Shown here: positions 55,317 to 64,000 of the stretch, one piece after another
How positions within the stretch are numbered: the stretch's first letter is position 1
How the letters are laid out: every line of letters starts with the position of its first letter
Assembly: GCA_041650995.1 (NCBI GenBank)
Contig: JBAZJZ010000001.1
Span: forward strand, 71,891-135,890
DNA: 64,000 nucleotides
Direction of reading: 5' to 3'
Source: Patescibacteria group bacterium
GTDB lineage: Bacteria > Patescibacteriota > Patescibacteriia > XYB2-FULL-38-15
Position numbers and translations under genes: made by a program
The notes under the pieces: model-generated
Databases searched by the model: none
What the model was told of the DNA's origin: nothing
What the model saw: only the letters and a program-made list of their open reading frames with translations

Positions 55317-55730
55317 ATGCCAATTATCAAATGGAATCCTTGGGAACAATTTGGAGAGTTAGACAGATTTTTTGAAGAAGGCGCGGGAGGTTTTGTCCCG
55401 GCGTTGGATATTTATCAAACCAAAGACGCGGTCGTTGTTGAAACTCCGCTTGCCGGCATTGATCCGGAAGATGTGGAAATTTCCATTGAAAACGATATCT
55501 TGTCCGTCAACGGAAAAACCGAACGGCAAAGTGAAGTTGATGAAAAGAATTTTTACCGCAAAGAAGTCCGCTACGGAAGTTTTCACCGCTCGGTCCGTTT
55601 GCCGGTCGCTGTCCTTGGCGGCAAAGCCGAAGCCAAATCGGAAAATGGAATGTTGAAAATCACAATCCCCAAAGCGCCGGAAGCGAAGAGCAGGGCGATT
55701 AGGGTGAAAGTGGTGAAGGGGAAGAAATAA
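55317..55730 (+). CDS. Hsp20/alpha-crystallin family small heat-shock protein
   Basis: ALDIYQTKDAVVVETPLAGIDPEDVEISIENDILSVNGK...GSFHRSVRLP...GMLKITIPK alpha-crystallin domain. Confidence 0.85.
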   Translation: MPIIKWNPWEQFGELDRFFEEGAGGFVPALDIYQTKDAVVVETPLAGIDPEDVEISIENDILSVNGKTERQSEVDEKNFYRKEVRYGSFHRSVRLPVAVLGGKAEAKSENGMLKITIPKAPEAKSRAIRVKVVKGKK

Positions 55731-55757
55731 CATTTATTTTTTAATAACTTATAAAAT

Positions 55758-57425
55758 ATGAACTTGCCAGAGCCTCTGCATAAACAATTTTCTAATCTCA
55801 TGGATGATATCCAAACGGGGAGGTTGAAGATACCTCAGTTTCAAAGAGAATTTGTTTGGGATATAAAAAAATCAGCAAGCCTACTCGATAGTATAATTAA
55901 AGGATATCCAGTTGGTACTTTTATTTTTTGGAAAACAAAAGATAGATTAAGATCTGTTAAAGATATAGGCAATCTGAATCTTCCAGAGCCGGCCGTCGGT
56001 GATTATGTTAATTTTGTCTTAGATGGTCAGCAACGAATTACCAGTCTTTTCGCTGCATTTAAGGGAGAAAAAATATTGAGAAGCGATGGAAAAACAGAGG
56101 ATTTTTCAGAAATATATATTGATTTAGACGCGAAGGAAGACGAAAAAATAGTTACTTCAGAGGTTGACGACGGGAATTCAAAAAATTTAATAAAATTAAA
56201 GGATTTGCTATATGGGGGAATTACATTTCTCGCCAAATATCCAGAAAACTACCTGCATAAACTTGAAGAATACAAAAAGAGAATTGAATCTTATAATTAT
56301 TCCGTGATACAGGTTAATGAAGTACCCATAGATGTTGCTACTGAAATTTTTACAAGAATCAATGTTGGTGGTAAGCCACTGTCGTTATTTGAAATTATGG
56401 TTGCAAAGACATATGACTATGACAAAAATTTTGAACTTTCTGAAAAATTTGATGCCCTAGTTGAAAATTTAAAAAATGTTAATTACGAAACTATTTCTGA
56501 TGCAACGGTATTACAGATTATTTCTTTAATATTAACAAAAGAATGCAAGAGAAAAATTATTTTAAAATTGAAGAAAGATGAATTTATTGACAAGTGGGAC
56601 GAAGTTGTAAACGCAATCGAAAGCGCGGTGGATTACTTTAGAAGTTTCTACAGAATTCCTGTTTCGCAGATACTGCCGTATAATGCTTTGCTTGTGCCAT
56701 TTTCATATTTTTTCTACTACCATAAGGACAAACCGACCGGAGACAAACAAAAATACCTTCAAGATTTTTTTTGGCGAGTATCTTTATCCGGTAGATATTC
56801 ATCGTCGGTTGAAAGTAAATTAGCGCAGGACATTAAGAGAATAGATAAAATTTTAGAAGATAAATTACCGGATTATGACTGGCCAATTAATTTATCGCCC
56901 GAATTCATAAAAAATAATGGCTGGTTTAGCGCCGGCAGAAGTTATATAAAAGCAATATTATGTATCTATGCCTATCACCAGCCAAAATCTTTTAACGACA
57001 ACTCACTTGTAAATATTAGTAATTACTGGTTAAAACAAGCGAATAGCAAAAATTATCATCATTTTTTTCCACGTGCCTATTTAAGTAGATTGAATAAAGA
57101 TGAAAAAATGATAAATCATATAGCTAACATAACTATTGTCGACGATTTTCTTAATAAAAGAGAAATTAAAGATAAGCCGCCATCCAAGTACATGGAAAAA
57201 TTTAAAAAAGAAAACCCTCATCTTTCAGAAACAATGAAAACCCACCTGATTAATGATATTGATAATATGGGAATTTGGGAAGATAATTATGAATTGTTTT
57301 TTGAAAAAAGAATTGAATCGATTAGTAAGGATATTGAAAAAAGAATAATCCCACAAGAAATTGATGGGAAACCACAGGCTGATTTATCGGATGATGACTC
57401 CGTAGAAAGTTCAGAACAAGAATAG
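55758..57425 (+). CDS. DUF262 (ParB-like NTPase) plus DUF1524 (His-Me finger nuclease) fusion protein, GmrSD-like type IV modification-dependent restriction enzyme
   Basis: N-terminal IPQFQREFVWD (DGQQR-type DUF262 motif region, LDGQQRITSL present) and C-terminal NYHHFFPRAYL...NHIANITIV HNH-like DUF1524 block; inserted between hsp20 and dnaK. Confidence 0.6.
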   Translation: MNLPEPLHKQFSNLMDDIQTGRLKIPQFQREFVWDIKKSASLLDSIIKGYPVGTFIFWKTKDRLRSVKDIGNLNLPEPAVGDYVNFVLDGQQRITSLFAAFKGEKILRSDGKTEDFSEIYIDLDAKEDEKIVTSEVDDGNSKNLIKLKDLLYGGITFLAKYPENYLHKLEEYKKRIESYNYSVIQVNEVPIDVATEIFTRINVGGKPLSLFEIMVAKTYDYDKNFELSEKFDALVENLKNVNYETISDATVLQIISLILTKECKRKIILKLKKDEFIDKWDEVVNAIESAVDYFRSFYRIPVSQILPYNALLVPFSYFFYYHKDKPTGDKQKYLQDFFWRVSLSGRYSSSVESKLAQDIKRIDKILEDKLPDYDWPINLSPEFIKNNGWFSAGRSYIKAILCIYAYHQPKSFNDNSLVNISNYWLKQANSKNYHHFFPRAYLSRLNKDEKMINHIANITIVDDFLNKREIKDKPPSKYMEKFKKENPHLSETMKTHLINDIDNMGIWEDNYELFFEKRIESISKDIEKRIIPQEIDGKPQADLSDDDSVESSEQE

Positions 57426-57471
57426 AAACGTGATATTTATAAAAAAATAAAAATAATTAAGGATAAAAAAT

Positions 57472-57825
57472 ATGCCAGAAGTAGATAAAGAGACAATGAA
57501 AGAGTTAGATGATTGTATAAAGGAGGCAAACACTTGTCGCACGGAATGTTTTAACACAATTCTCGGATACAAATTTTTTATTGAAGGTATTTTTATAGGA
57601 ATTTTAGGAAATATACTCGCTAATTATATCTTCAATGTCTTTGATACGGGAAGTTTATTCTACTATCTATTTATCTACACAGTTACATTTTTTTTCAGCA
57701 TTTTTCTTTTTAAACATTTTAAGAAAGAAAAATTATTTTCAAAAATGTATTGGGAGTTTGAGAGAAAACAAAATGATTTGGGAAATCTTAAAAAACGTAT
57801 TGTTGTAGAAGATAATAAAGAATAA
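57472..57825 (+). CDS. small two-TM membrane protein of unknown function, co-inserted with the GmrSD-like gene
   Basis: 117 aa; hydrophobic segments FFIEGIFIGILGNILANYIF and LFIYTVTFFFSIFLF. Confidence 0.4.
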   Translation: MPEVDKETMKELDDCIKEANTCRTECFNTILGYKFFIEGIFIGILGNILANYIFNVFDTGSLFYYLFIYTVTFFFSIFLFKHFKKEKLFSKMYWEFERKQNDLGNLKKRIVVEDNKE

Positions 57826-57847
57826 AAAATAAATAATCATAAAAAAT

Positions 57848-59779
57848 ATGCCAAAGATTTTAGGTATAGATCTCGGAACTACAAATTCCTGCATGGCCGT
57901 CATTGAAGGTGGCGAGCCGAAAGTGTTGGAAAATAAAGAGGGCGCGAGAACCACGCCTTCGGTTGTCGCTGTAACAAAAAGCGGCGAGAGAATGGTTGGG
58001 CAAATTGCCAAGCGCCAATCGGTGACAAATCCGGAAAACACGCTTTATTCCATTAAGCGTTTAATCGGCCGGAGGTTTGACGACACGGAAGTTCAGCGCG
58101 ACATGAAAGTTTCACCTTTTAAAATTGTTCAGTCCGGAGTCGGCGTGAAAATAAAAATGTCTGACAAAGAATATTCTCCGCAGGAAATTTCCGCCATGGT
58201 TTTGCAAAAAATGAAAAGCGACGCGGAAGAAAAATTAGGAGAAAAAATAGAGGAAGCGGTAATTACCGTGCCGGCTTATTTTGACGACGCGCAGCGCCAG
58301 GCGACGAAAGAAGCCGGAGAAATCGCGGGCTTGAAAGTGCGCCGAATTATTAACGAACCGACTGCCGCGGCCTTGGCATATGGATTGGATAAAAAGAAAG
58401 GCCAGCAGATTGTGGTTTATGATTTGGGCGGCGGAACTTTTGATGTTTCTGTTTTGGATATTGGCCAGGACACGGTGGAAGTAAAATCCACAAACGGCGA
58501 CACGCATTTGGGCGGCGATGATTTTGACCAGAGAATTATTCAGTGGATTTTGGATGAATTCAGAAAAGATCAGGGAATTGATTTATCAAAAGATAATTTG
58601 GCGTTGCAGAGAATTAAAGAAGCGGCGGAAAAAGCAAAAATAGAATTATCAACCGCCATGGAAACAGAAATCAATCAGCCGTTTATTACTTCCGACGCGG
58701 CCGGCCCGAAACACTTGGTAATGAAAATGACGCGAGCAAAATTGGAAGAGCTGGTCGGCGATTTGGTTCAAGCGACTTTGGAGCCGTGCAAAAAAGCATT
58801 AGAGGACGCGAAGATGGATATTAAAGATATTGAAGAAGTGGTAATGGTCGGCGGAATGACGAGAATGCCTTTGGTTCTCCAGACCGTGGAAAACTTTTTT
58901 AGAAAAAAACCAAACTTGTCGGTGAATCCGGATGAAGTCGTGGCGATTGGCGCGGCAGTTCAAGCCGGAGTTTTGCAGGGAGAAGTCCGCGATATTTTAT
59001 TGCTTGATGTCACGCCATTAACTTTGGGTCTTGAAACCTTGGGCGGAGTGTTGACTCCATTGATAAATAGAAATACTACAATCCCGACTTCCAAATCGCA
59101 AGTATTTTCTACGGCGGCTGATGGACAGACATCAGTTGAAATTCATGTTTTGCAAGGCGAACGGCCAATGGCCTCCGACAACAAAACTTTGGGAAGATTT
59201 ATGCTTTCGGGAATTCCTCCTGCGCCGCGCGGCGTGCCGCAGGTGGAAGTTACTTTTGACATTGACGCCAACGGCATTTTAAATGTGAAAGCCAAGGACA
59301 AAGCGACCGGCGTTGAGCAATCAATTACCATTACCGCGTCAACCGGTTTATCAAAAGATGAAATTGAGCGAATGAAAAAAGAAGCCGAGGCGCACGCGGC
59401 CGACGATTTGAAGAAAAAAGAATTAATTGATTTGCGAAACACCGCTGAGACAATAATTTACACCACGGAAAAAATGTTAAAAGACGCGGGCGATAAAGTT
59501 AAGCCCGAAGATAAAAAAGCGATTGAAGAAAAAATGGAAGCGTTGAAAAAAGTGAAGGATAGTGAAGATAAAGAAGCTATTAAAAAAGCGGCTGATGATT
59601 TAGCGCAAACAGCGCAGAAAGTCGGCGCGGCCATGTATCAGCAGCAACAGCCGCCGCAAGGTGGTCCAGCAGCCGGCGGCCCTTCGACAGGCTCAGGGAA
59701 TAATGATGAAAAAAGAGATGAGAAGAAGGATAATAAAAAAGATAAAACAGTAGAAGGGGAATATGAAGAGGTGAAATAA
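57848..59779 (+). CDS. dnaK: molecular chaperone DnaK (Hsp70)
   Basis: [27 protein letters not shown]-terminal EEVK-like tail. Confidence 0.95.
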   Translation: MPKILGIDLGTTNSCMAVIEGGEPKVLENKEGARTTPSVVAVTKSGERMVGQIAKRQSVTNPENTLYSIKRLIGRRFDDTEVQRDMKVSPFKIVQSGVGVKIKMSDKEYSPQEISAMVLQKMKSDAEEKLGEKIEEAVITVPAYFDDAQRQATKEAGEIAGLKVRRIINEPTAAALAYGLDKKKGQQIVVYDLGGGTFDVSVLDIGQDTVEVKSTNGDTHLGGDDFDQRIIQWILDEFRKDQGIDLSKDNLALQRIKEAAEKAKIELSTAMETEINQPFITSDAAGPKHLVMKMTRAKLEELVGDLVQATLEPCKKALEDAKMDIKDIEEVVMVGGMTRMPLVLQTVENFFRKKPNLSVNPDEVVAIGAAVQAGVLQGEVRDILLLDVTPLTLGLETLGGVLTPLINRNTTIPTSKSQVFSTAADGQTSVEIHVLQGERPMASDNKTLGRFMLSGIPPAPRGVPQVEVTFDIDANGILNVKAKDKATGVEQSITITASTGLSKDEIERMKKEAEAHAADDLKKKELIDLRNTAETIIYTTEKMLKDAGDKVKPEDKKAIEEKMEALKKVKDSEDKEAIKKAADDLAQTAQKVGAAMYQQQQPPQGGPAAGGPSTGSGNNDEKRDEKKDNKKDKTVEGEYEEVK

Positions 59780-60856
59780 ATGGCAAAAGATTATTACAAA
59801 ATTTTAGGCGTTTCGAAAAGCGCGTCCGCGGAAGAAATTAAAAAAGCCTTCCGCGAGTTGGCGCACAAATATCATCCGGATAAAAACGGCGGCAACGCTG
59901 ATCAGTTTAAAGAAATAAACGAAGCCTACCAAGTTCTTGGCAATCCGGAGAAACGCCAGCAATACGATCAATTCGGAACCACCTTTGAAAACGCGCAAGG
60001 CCAGGGTGGATTTTCTGGTTTTGACGGCTTCCGGGATTTTTCTGGATTTGCCAATGGTTTTGATATGGGAGATTTGGGAGAGATGTTTGGTTTTGGCGAT
60101 ATTTTTGGCGGCGGGCGGAAGAGGGGGCGAGCAAGCCGCGGCCGGGATATTGAAGTTGAAATGCGCGTTGATTTTCGCGAAGCGATTTTTGGCGCGGAGA
60201 AAATTTTAGAAATGTATAAGCCATCTGTTTGCAAGAATTGCGGCGGGAGCGGCGCTGATCCAAAAAGTAAAATTACCACTTGTCCAAATTGTGGCGGCGC
60301 GGGCCGGGTGCAAGTTGTCCAGCGGACATTTTTAGGAAACATTCAAACCGTCACAACATGTGATAAATGTGGAGGAGTCGGAAAAATTCCGGAAAAAGAA
60401 TGTAGTATCTGCCGTGGCAAGGGCATAGTTCGTGACAGCCAGAAATTAAAAATAAAAATCCCGGCCGGGATTGATGATGGCGAAACAATAAAAATTTCCG
60501 GCGAAGGAGAGGCAGCCGAACACGGCGGAAAATCCGGAGATCTTTTCGTGACGATGCGAGTCGTGCCGGACAAAGAATTCAAAAGAAAGAAAGATGATAT
60601 TTTAAGTAGAGTGGAGATAAATTTTTCGCAGGCGGCGCTTGGCGATAAAATTGAAATAGAAACTTTAGACGGAAAAATTAAATTAACTATTCCAGCCGGA
60701 ACGCAGTCGGGGCAGATTTTTCGTTTGAAAGGGAAAGGCGTGCCGCATTTGAATAGTTACGGTCGCGGAGACCAATTGGTAGAAATTGTGGTGGTCACAC
60801 CGACTAATTTAAACAAGCGACAGAAGGAATTATTGGAAGAATTCGCTGCTAGGTAA
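59780..60856 (+). CDS. dnaJ: molecular chaperone DnaJ
   Basis: J-domain with HPD (KYHPDKN), G/F-rich linker, four CxxCxGxG zinc-finger repeats. Confidence 0.95.
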   Translation: MAKDYYKILGVSKSASAEEIKKAFRELAHKYHPDKNGGNADQFKEINEAYQVLGNPEKRQQYDQFGTTFENAQGQGGFSGFDGFRDFSGFANGFDMGDLGEMFGFGDIFGGGRKRGRASRGRDIEVEMRVDFREAIFGAEKILEMYKPSVCKNCGGSGADPKSKITTCPNCGGAGRVQVVQRTFLGNIQTVTTCDKCGGVGKIPEKECSICRGKGIVRDSQKLKIKIPAGIDDGETIKISGEGEAAEHGGKSGDLFVTMRVVPDKEFKRKKDDILSRVEINFSQAALGDKIEIETLDGKIKLTIPAGTQSGQIFRLKGKGVPHLNSYGRGDQLVEIVVVTPTNLNKRQKELLEEFAAR

Positions 60857-61053
60857 ATTTTATCATTTTAATTGTAAAAATCGTTGCTAAATATCGGCGG
60901 CGGTTTTTTTATTTAAAACTCTTGACAAAACAGAGAAAAAACATTTAAGTATAGTGAGGTTTGCCCAATAGCGGGTAGGCTCGCCTTGCCGTCTAGGCAG
61001 GCTTCGTTCCTTTGAAATTCGCTTCTTGGCCATTGGGCCAAAGGAGAGAAACA

Positions 61054-63072
61054 ATGAAAAAGGTGGTTGTCCTTTTCGTTCTGGTATTCGGGCTCATCCG
61101 AACGGCTTCCGCTTCGGCGGATCAGCCTGCCGATGAGACAGGGGAATCCCAGACCTACCTTGTCCAATGGGGAGATCGGCTGCCTCGGGTGGCAGCGCAA
61201 TTCGGTTTGACCCAGGAAGAGCTTTTGGCAGCCAATCCGCGCTCGGCCTATGGGATGAGCTGCGGTAATCCGCACACAGTCACGTTGCGTAATGGCGAAC
61301 GCCAAGCTCTCTGCGGTCGGCCAAGGCCATACCTCATTGCCGGCAAGACGCTTGTCATTCCCGTGCCCCGCGCCACGCTCCAGACTGAGAGTGTTCGGCT
61401 GAACGCCGAAGTTGTGGCGCTCCGCGCGGAGATGGCTCAATTGCGGAAGGCGCGCGAGACGGAGAAGTCCGAGCTTGCGGCCCTCGCGCAGGAACGCGAC
61501 AATCTCCAGAGCGAGAACGAATCGCTCGTTGCCGCGAAGGCTGAGCTTCAAGGCAAGTACAGCGAATCCCAGGCGGACTTCCGGGCGGTGTTTTCCCGAC
61601 AGCCGAAGCAGATTGAAGTTCAGAAGACGAATTTCAACCACATCGTTTTGGCAGTTGCCGTCACCGCTTTCGTGTTTGTGCTCATCATTCTCGCCATCTT
61701 GTCCCGCAAGGGCAAGAACGAGAAGAAGTTTGATCGCCTTGTCCGGCTTGTCCAGCCGAGCGTTTTGGAACAGGCCGAGAAGAACAAGCAGCGCGGCGCA
61801 GAGCTTGACCAACTAGCGAAGGAACTCGATCAACAGAAGCGAGAGGCAGACGACCTGCAAGCCAAACTGCAAGAGCAGAAGAGCGAGCAGGAGCGTTTGG
61901 GCAATGATCTTGCGACGCGCGAGGCAACCCTGAAGCGGGAGCAAGAAGAACTTGCCACGGCGAAGCGAGCCGTGGAAGAAAGGGAAGCTTTCTGCACCCG
62001 CCGTGATGACGAAATTCATGAAGCCGAGCGCGGACTCCTGGAACGCAGCGAAGCTTTCCGCGGGCATGTCCGGGCCGAAGAAGAACGCCTGAGAACAGAG
62101 AGCGTTGCTGTCGCGCGCGGCAAGGAAGAATTCCTTGCTGCACAGCGCGATCTGGAAGAGAAGAGAGCGCAGGTTGAAGCTGGATTGCGGACTCTTGAAG
62201 AAGATAGTCCCGCGATCCAGAGAGACAGGGAAGAAGCTGATCGGCGCGTCAGAGAAGCCGAGACTCGCGAGGAGAGTGCGAAGCGCGCCGCGGAAGACGC
62301 GGCGCAACGCGTCAGAGAAGCCGAGACTCGCGAAGCTGCGGCCACGAGACAGACAGAAGAAGCAGAAAGTCGAAAGGGCGCCGCAGACGAAGCAGAGAGG
62401 ATTCTCGCTCGCCGCGAAGAGGAAGTTGGGGGCAGGGAAGAAGAACTGCACCGGCTTCAAGATCAACTGAGACAGGAACGAACCGACTTCGAAGGGCAGC
62501 TTGGAGCGGCAGAACATACGCTTGAAGCTGCTGGCGGACTTGAGAAGGCAAAACGCATCATCAGCCGCGCCAAGCGCAAGGAAGAAATTGTTGCGGCTCT
62601 TGATAAGCGGGAGGTAGCTATTGCCGACCGCGAAGAAGTGTGCGCCCACCGCGAACACGAACTCGCCCTTTGGGCAGCGCAACTCGGAGCTCTGGAGGAC
62701 GACACTTCAGACGGGGAGGAAACCGTTCAGCGGCTTACCTTGGGAGCGGATGACACTTTTCAGGACGCCGCTGGGAGCATCACTTGCGCGGCTTGCGGCG
62801 GGAAATTTCCCGATCGCGGCGCGTTCGACGCGCACAAGGCGAGTTGCCCCAAAGCCGCGCCACACACACCGACTATTGTCGGGGCTCCGGCAGGAGGGCG
62901 GGCATCGGTTGTAGCGCCTCCTCCCAAACCGGTCCCGGGTGAGACTGTTCATGACTCTTCGTCGTCTGAACCCGTAGTCTACTGCCAACACTGCAAGGAG
63001 GGGTTTTCTCCCGAGGTCTACGCAGCAGAACACGCAACACACGACGAGGGATTGGCAGGAAAGAAGGGCTAA
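61054..63072 (+). CDS. GC-rich secreted/membrane-anchored LysM - TM - long coiled-coil - tandem C2H2-like zinc-finger protein (compositional outlier, probable horizontal acquisition)
   Basis: 672 aa at about 60% GC versus about 38% for the genome; signal peptide; LysM-like YLVQWGDRLPRVAAQFGLTQEELLAANP...IAGKTLVIP; TM LAVAVTAFVFVLIILAIL; E/R/A-rich coiled coil with repeated REAETRE units; C-terminal CAACGGKF..H....C and CQHCKEGF...H..H motifs. Confidence 0.6.
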   Translation: MKKVVVLFVLVFGLIRTASASADQPADETGESQTYLVQWGDRLPRVAAQFGLTQEELLAANPRSAYGMSCGNPHTVTLRNGERQALCGRPRPYLIAGKTLVIPVPRATLQTESVRLNAEVVALRAEMAQLRKARETEKSELAALAQERDNLQSENESLVAAKAELQGKYSESQADFRAVFSRQPKQIEVQKTNFNHIVLAVAVTAFVFVLIILAILSRKGKNEKKFDRLVRLVQPSVLEQAEKNKQRGAELDQLAKELDQQKREADDLQAKLQEQKSEQERLGNDLATREATLKREQEELATAKRAVEEREAFCTRRDDEIHEAERGLLERSEAFRGHVRAEEERLRTESVAVARGKEEFLAAQRDLEEKRAQVEAGLRTLEEDSPAIQRDREEADRRVREAETREESAKRAAEDAAQRVREAETREAAATRQTEEAESRKGAADEAERILARREEEVGGREEELHRLQDQLRQERTDFEGQLGAAEHTLEAAGGLEKAKRIISRAKRKEEIVAALDKREVAIADREEVCAHREHELALWAAQLGALEDDTSDGEETVQRLTLGADDTFQDAAGSITCAACGGKFPDRGAFDAHKASCPKAAPHTPTIVGAPAGGRASVVAPPPKPVPGETVHDSSSSEPVVYCQHCKEGFSPEVYAAEHATHDEGLAGKKG

Positions 63073-63094
63073 AATAATGGAGGTTACGCCGGAC

Positions 63095-63130
63095 AAGCGA
63101 GCATATCGCGAGTCCGGCGGTTTTTTTATT
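63095..63130 (+). terminator. intrinsic terminator after the GC-rich gene
   Basis: cgccggacaagcgagcatatcgcgagtccggcgg followed by ttttttt. Confidence 0.65.
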
Positions 63131-63176
63131 TGTTTTTTTATGCTATACTTAATAAAGTTAATAAAGTTTATAAATT

Positions 63177-64000
63177 ATGCGCCAAAGACTTTTTTTCATT
63201 TCATTGGTCCTTATTATTTTTAGCATAGCTAGTGGTCTTGGTTTACGTTATGCGCAAGCAATTGCATGGACCGAGCCGTCGGCCCTGCCGCCGGGTGATA
63301 ATGTTCCAGCTCCAATTAATGTTGGCGCGGGGGCGCAAATTAAAACAGGCGATTTAACTATCGGCGGGAATTTTGTTGTTGGAAGCGGAGCAGTTATCGG
63401 CGCCCCAGCTGGCGGAAACATGGGCGCGGGAACTTTGAACGCTGTGCAGCTTTGTATTCAAGGAAATTGCCGTAACAATTGGCCGGAAGCAGTGAGTGCT
63501 TTTGTTGATGAAGGGAATGTTGGTTTCGGTCCAACCGCGGTTTTGGGAACAAATGATAATGTGCCTTTATCTTTGGAAACGAATGGAGTTGGACGAATAC
63601 AGATTGGTGCCGCTGGTAATGTGGGAATTGGGACAACAAATACAGCGTTTAATTTAATGGTTGGCGGAGTGGCTCCGAGAATTTATCTTTTGCCAGCGCC
63701 GGGCAGTAATCCAGAATTTGATTTTGGCAGTCCGGCCATAGATACTCACTGGGCAATTTATCGCGATGTGGCGACAGACCAACTTCGTTTTTGGAGAACT
63801 GATAATAGATTAATTTTAACAAGTGACGGTAATGTCGGCATTGGAACAGATCCTGCTTACAAACTGGACGTAGCCGGACAAATAAACGCAAACACAAATT
63901 TAACGCCGGCGATCAGGGGAGTAAGTACAGCAGGTAATGGCAAGGGAATTTATGGTGAAGCGGCTGCTGCTGCAGGAATTAATTACGGTGTTCATGGAAA
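63177..64000 (+). CDS. secreted repeat protein with tail-fibre-like (N)VGIGTxxP/T...L.V.G repeats; 3' end runs off the window
   Basis: ATG at 63177 after an RBS-less AT-rich leader; signal MRQRLFFISLVLIIFSIASGL; repeated GNVGIGTTNTAFNLMVGG / GNVGIGTDPAYKLDVAG units; no stop before the window end. Confidence 0.5.
   Translation, partial: MRQRLFFISLVLIIFSIASGLGLRYAQAIAWTEPSALPPGDNVPAPINVGAGAQIKTGDLTIGGNFVVGSGAVIGAPAGGNMGAGTLNAVQLCIQGNCRNNWPEAVSAFVDEGNVGFGPTAVLGTNDNVPLSLETNGVGRIQIGAAGNVGIGTTNTAFNLMVGGVAPRIYLLPAPGSNPEFDFGSPAIDTHWAIYRDVATDQLRFWRTDNRLILTSDGNVGIGTDPAYKLDVAGQINANTNLTPAIRGVSTAGNGKGIYGEAAAAAGINYGVHG

Noticed and set aside
60913-62682. Two long minus-strand ORFs (299 and 289 aa) inside the GC-rich gene
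   Set aside because: These are shadow ORFs expected on the antisense strand of a 60%-GC coding sequence. Their products are low-complexity R/A/S-rich strings, and the + strand frame has a signal peptide, a LysM domain and a good RBS.
1-64000. CRISPR arrays, rRNA genes, transposases/integrases
   Set aside because: I looked for regularly spaced direct repeats, rRNA signature stretches and DDE/tyrosine-recombinase-like ORFs. None were found; the only repeats are the tRNA-end copies and the heptamer arrays.

Overview
This is a compact, AT-rich (by eye about 38-40% GC) bacterial chromosomal segment, and almost every gene lies on the + strand. The gene content resembles a Candidate Phyla Radiation/Patescibacteria-type genome; that assignment is inference. 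Examples are a membrane-fused spermidine-synthase-like protein, an archaeal-type AMP phosphorylase, LutA/LutB-like Fe-S proteins and many glycosyltransferases.

Recognisable housekeeping content:
- Cell division: ftsB-like, ftsE, ftsX.
- Envelope: a polysaccharide locus of GT2/GT4 genes with mreB embedded in it, plus uppP, a PBP2 transpeptidase and murF.
- Heat shock: hrcA-grpE-hsp20-dnaK-dnaJ, with a CIRCE operator and a sigma70 promoter upstream of hrcA.
- Glycolysis: tpiA and a class II fructose-bisphosphate aldolase.
- Translation and RNA: frr, glycyl-tRNA synthetase, rpmG, RluA- and RlmH/RlmI-like modification enzymes, a DEAD-box helicase followed by cspA.
- Replication and repair: holB, rarA.
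- Eleven tRNA genes.

Unusual content:
1. Three ORF-free stretches that are GC-rich relative to the local AT-rich context each sit between a consensus TTGACA promoter and a hairpin plus U-run terminator; two of the promoters are paralogous. I read these as unidentified structured ncRNAs of about 255, 415 and 810 nt. The largest carries a tRNA-like acceptor/T-arm domain.
2. A family of tRNA-3'-end-linked miniature elements follows tRNA-Gln and tRNA-Trp: a hairpin, a roughly 105-nt spacer ending in gcaccgaggagcc, then a direct copy of the tRNA T-loop-to-CCA segment. tRNA-Glu shows a related 44-bp direct-repeat cassette.
3. A DUF262/DUF1524 (GmrSD-like type IV restriction) gene and a small membrane protein are inserted inside the hrcA-dnaK heat-shock operon.
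4. Several genes are compositional outliers with high GC: an 87-aa acidic ORF with Actinobacteria-like codon usage, a CDP-alcohol phosphatidyltransferase, and a 672-aa LysM/TM/coiled-coil/C2H2 zinc-finger protein.
5. A palindrome TTGTCAA-N6-TTGACAA recurs on both sides of a trmB-like regulator gene.
6. Tandem GTAAYKA heptamers recur at gene ends.

No CRISPR array, rRNA gene or transposase/integrase gene was seen.
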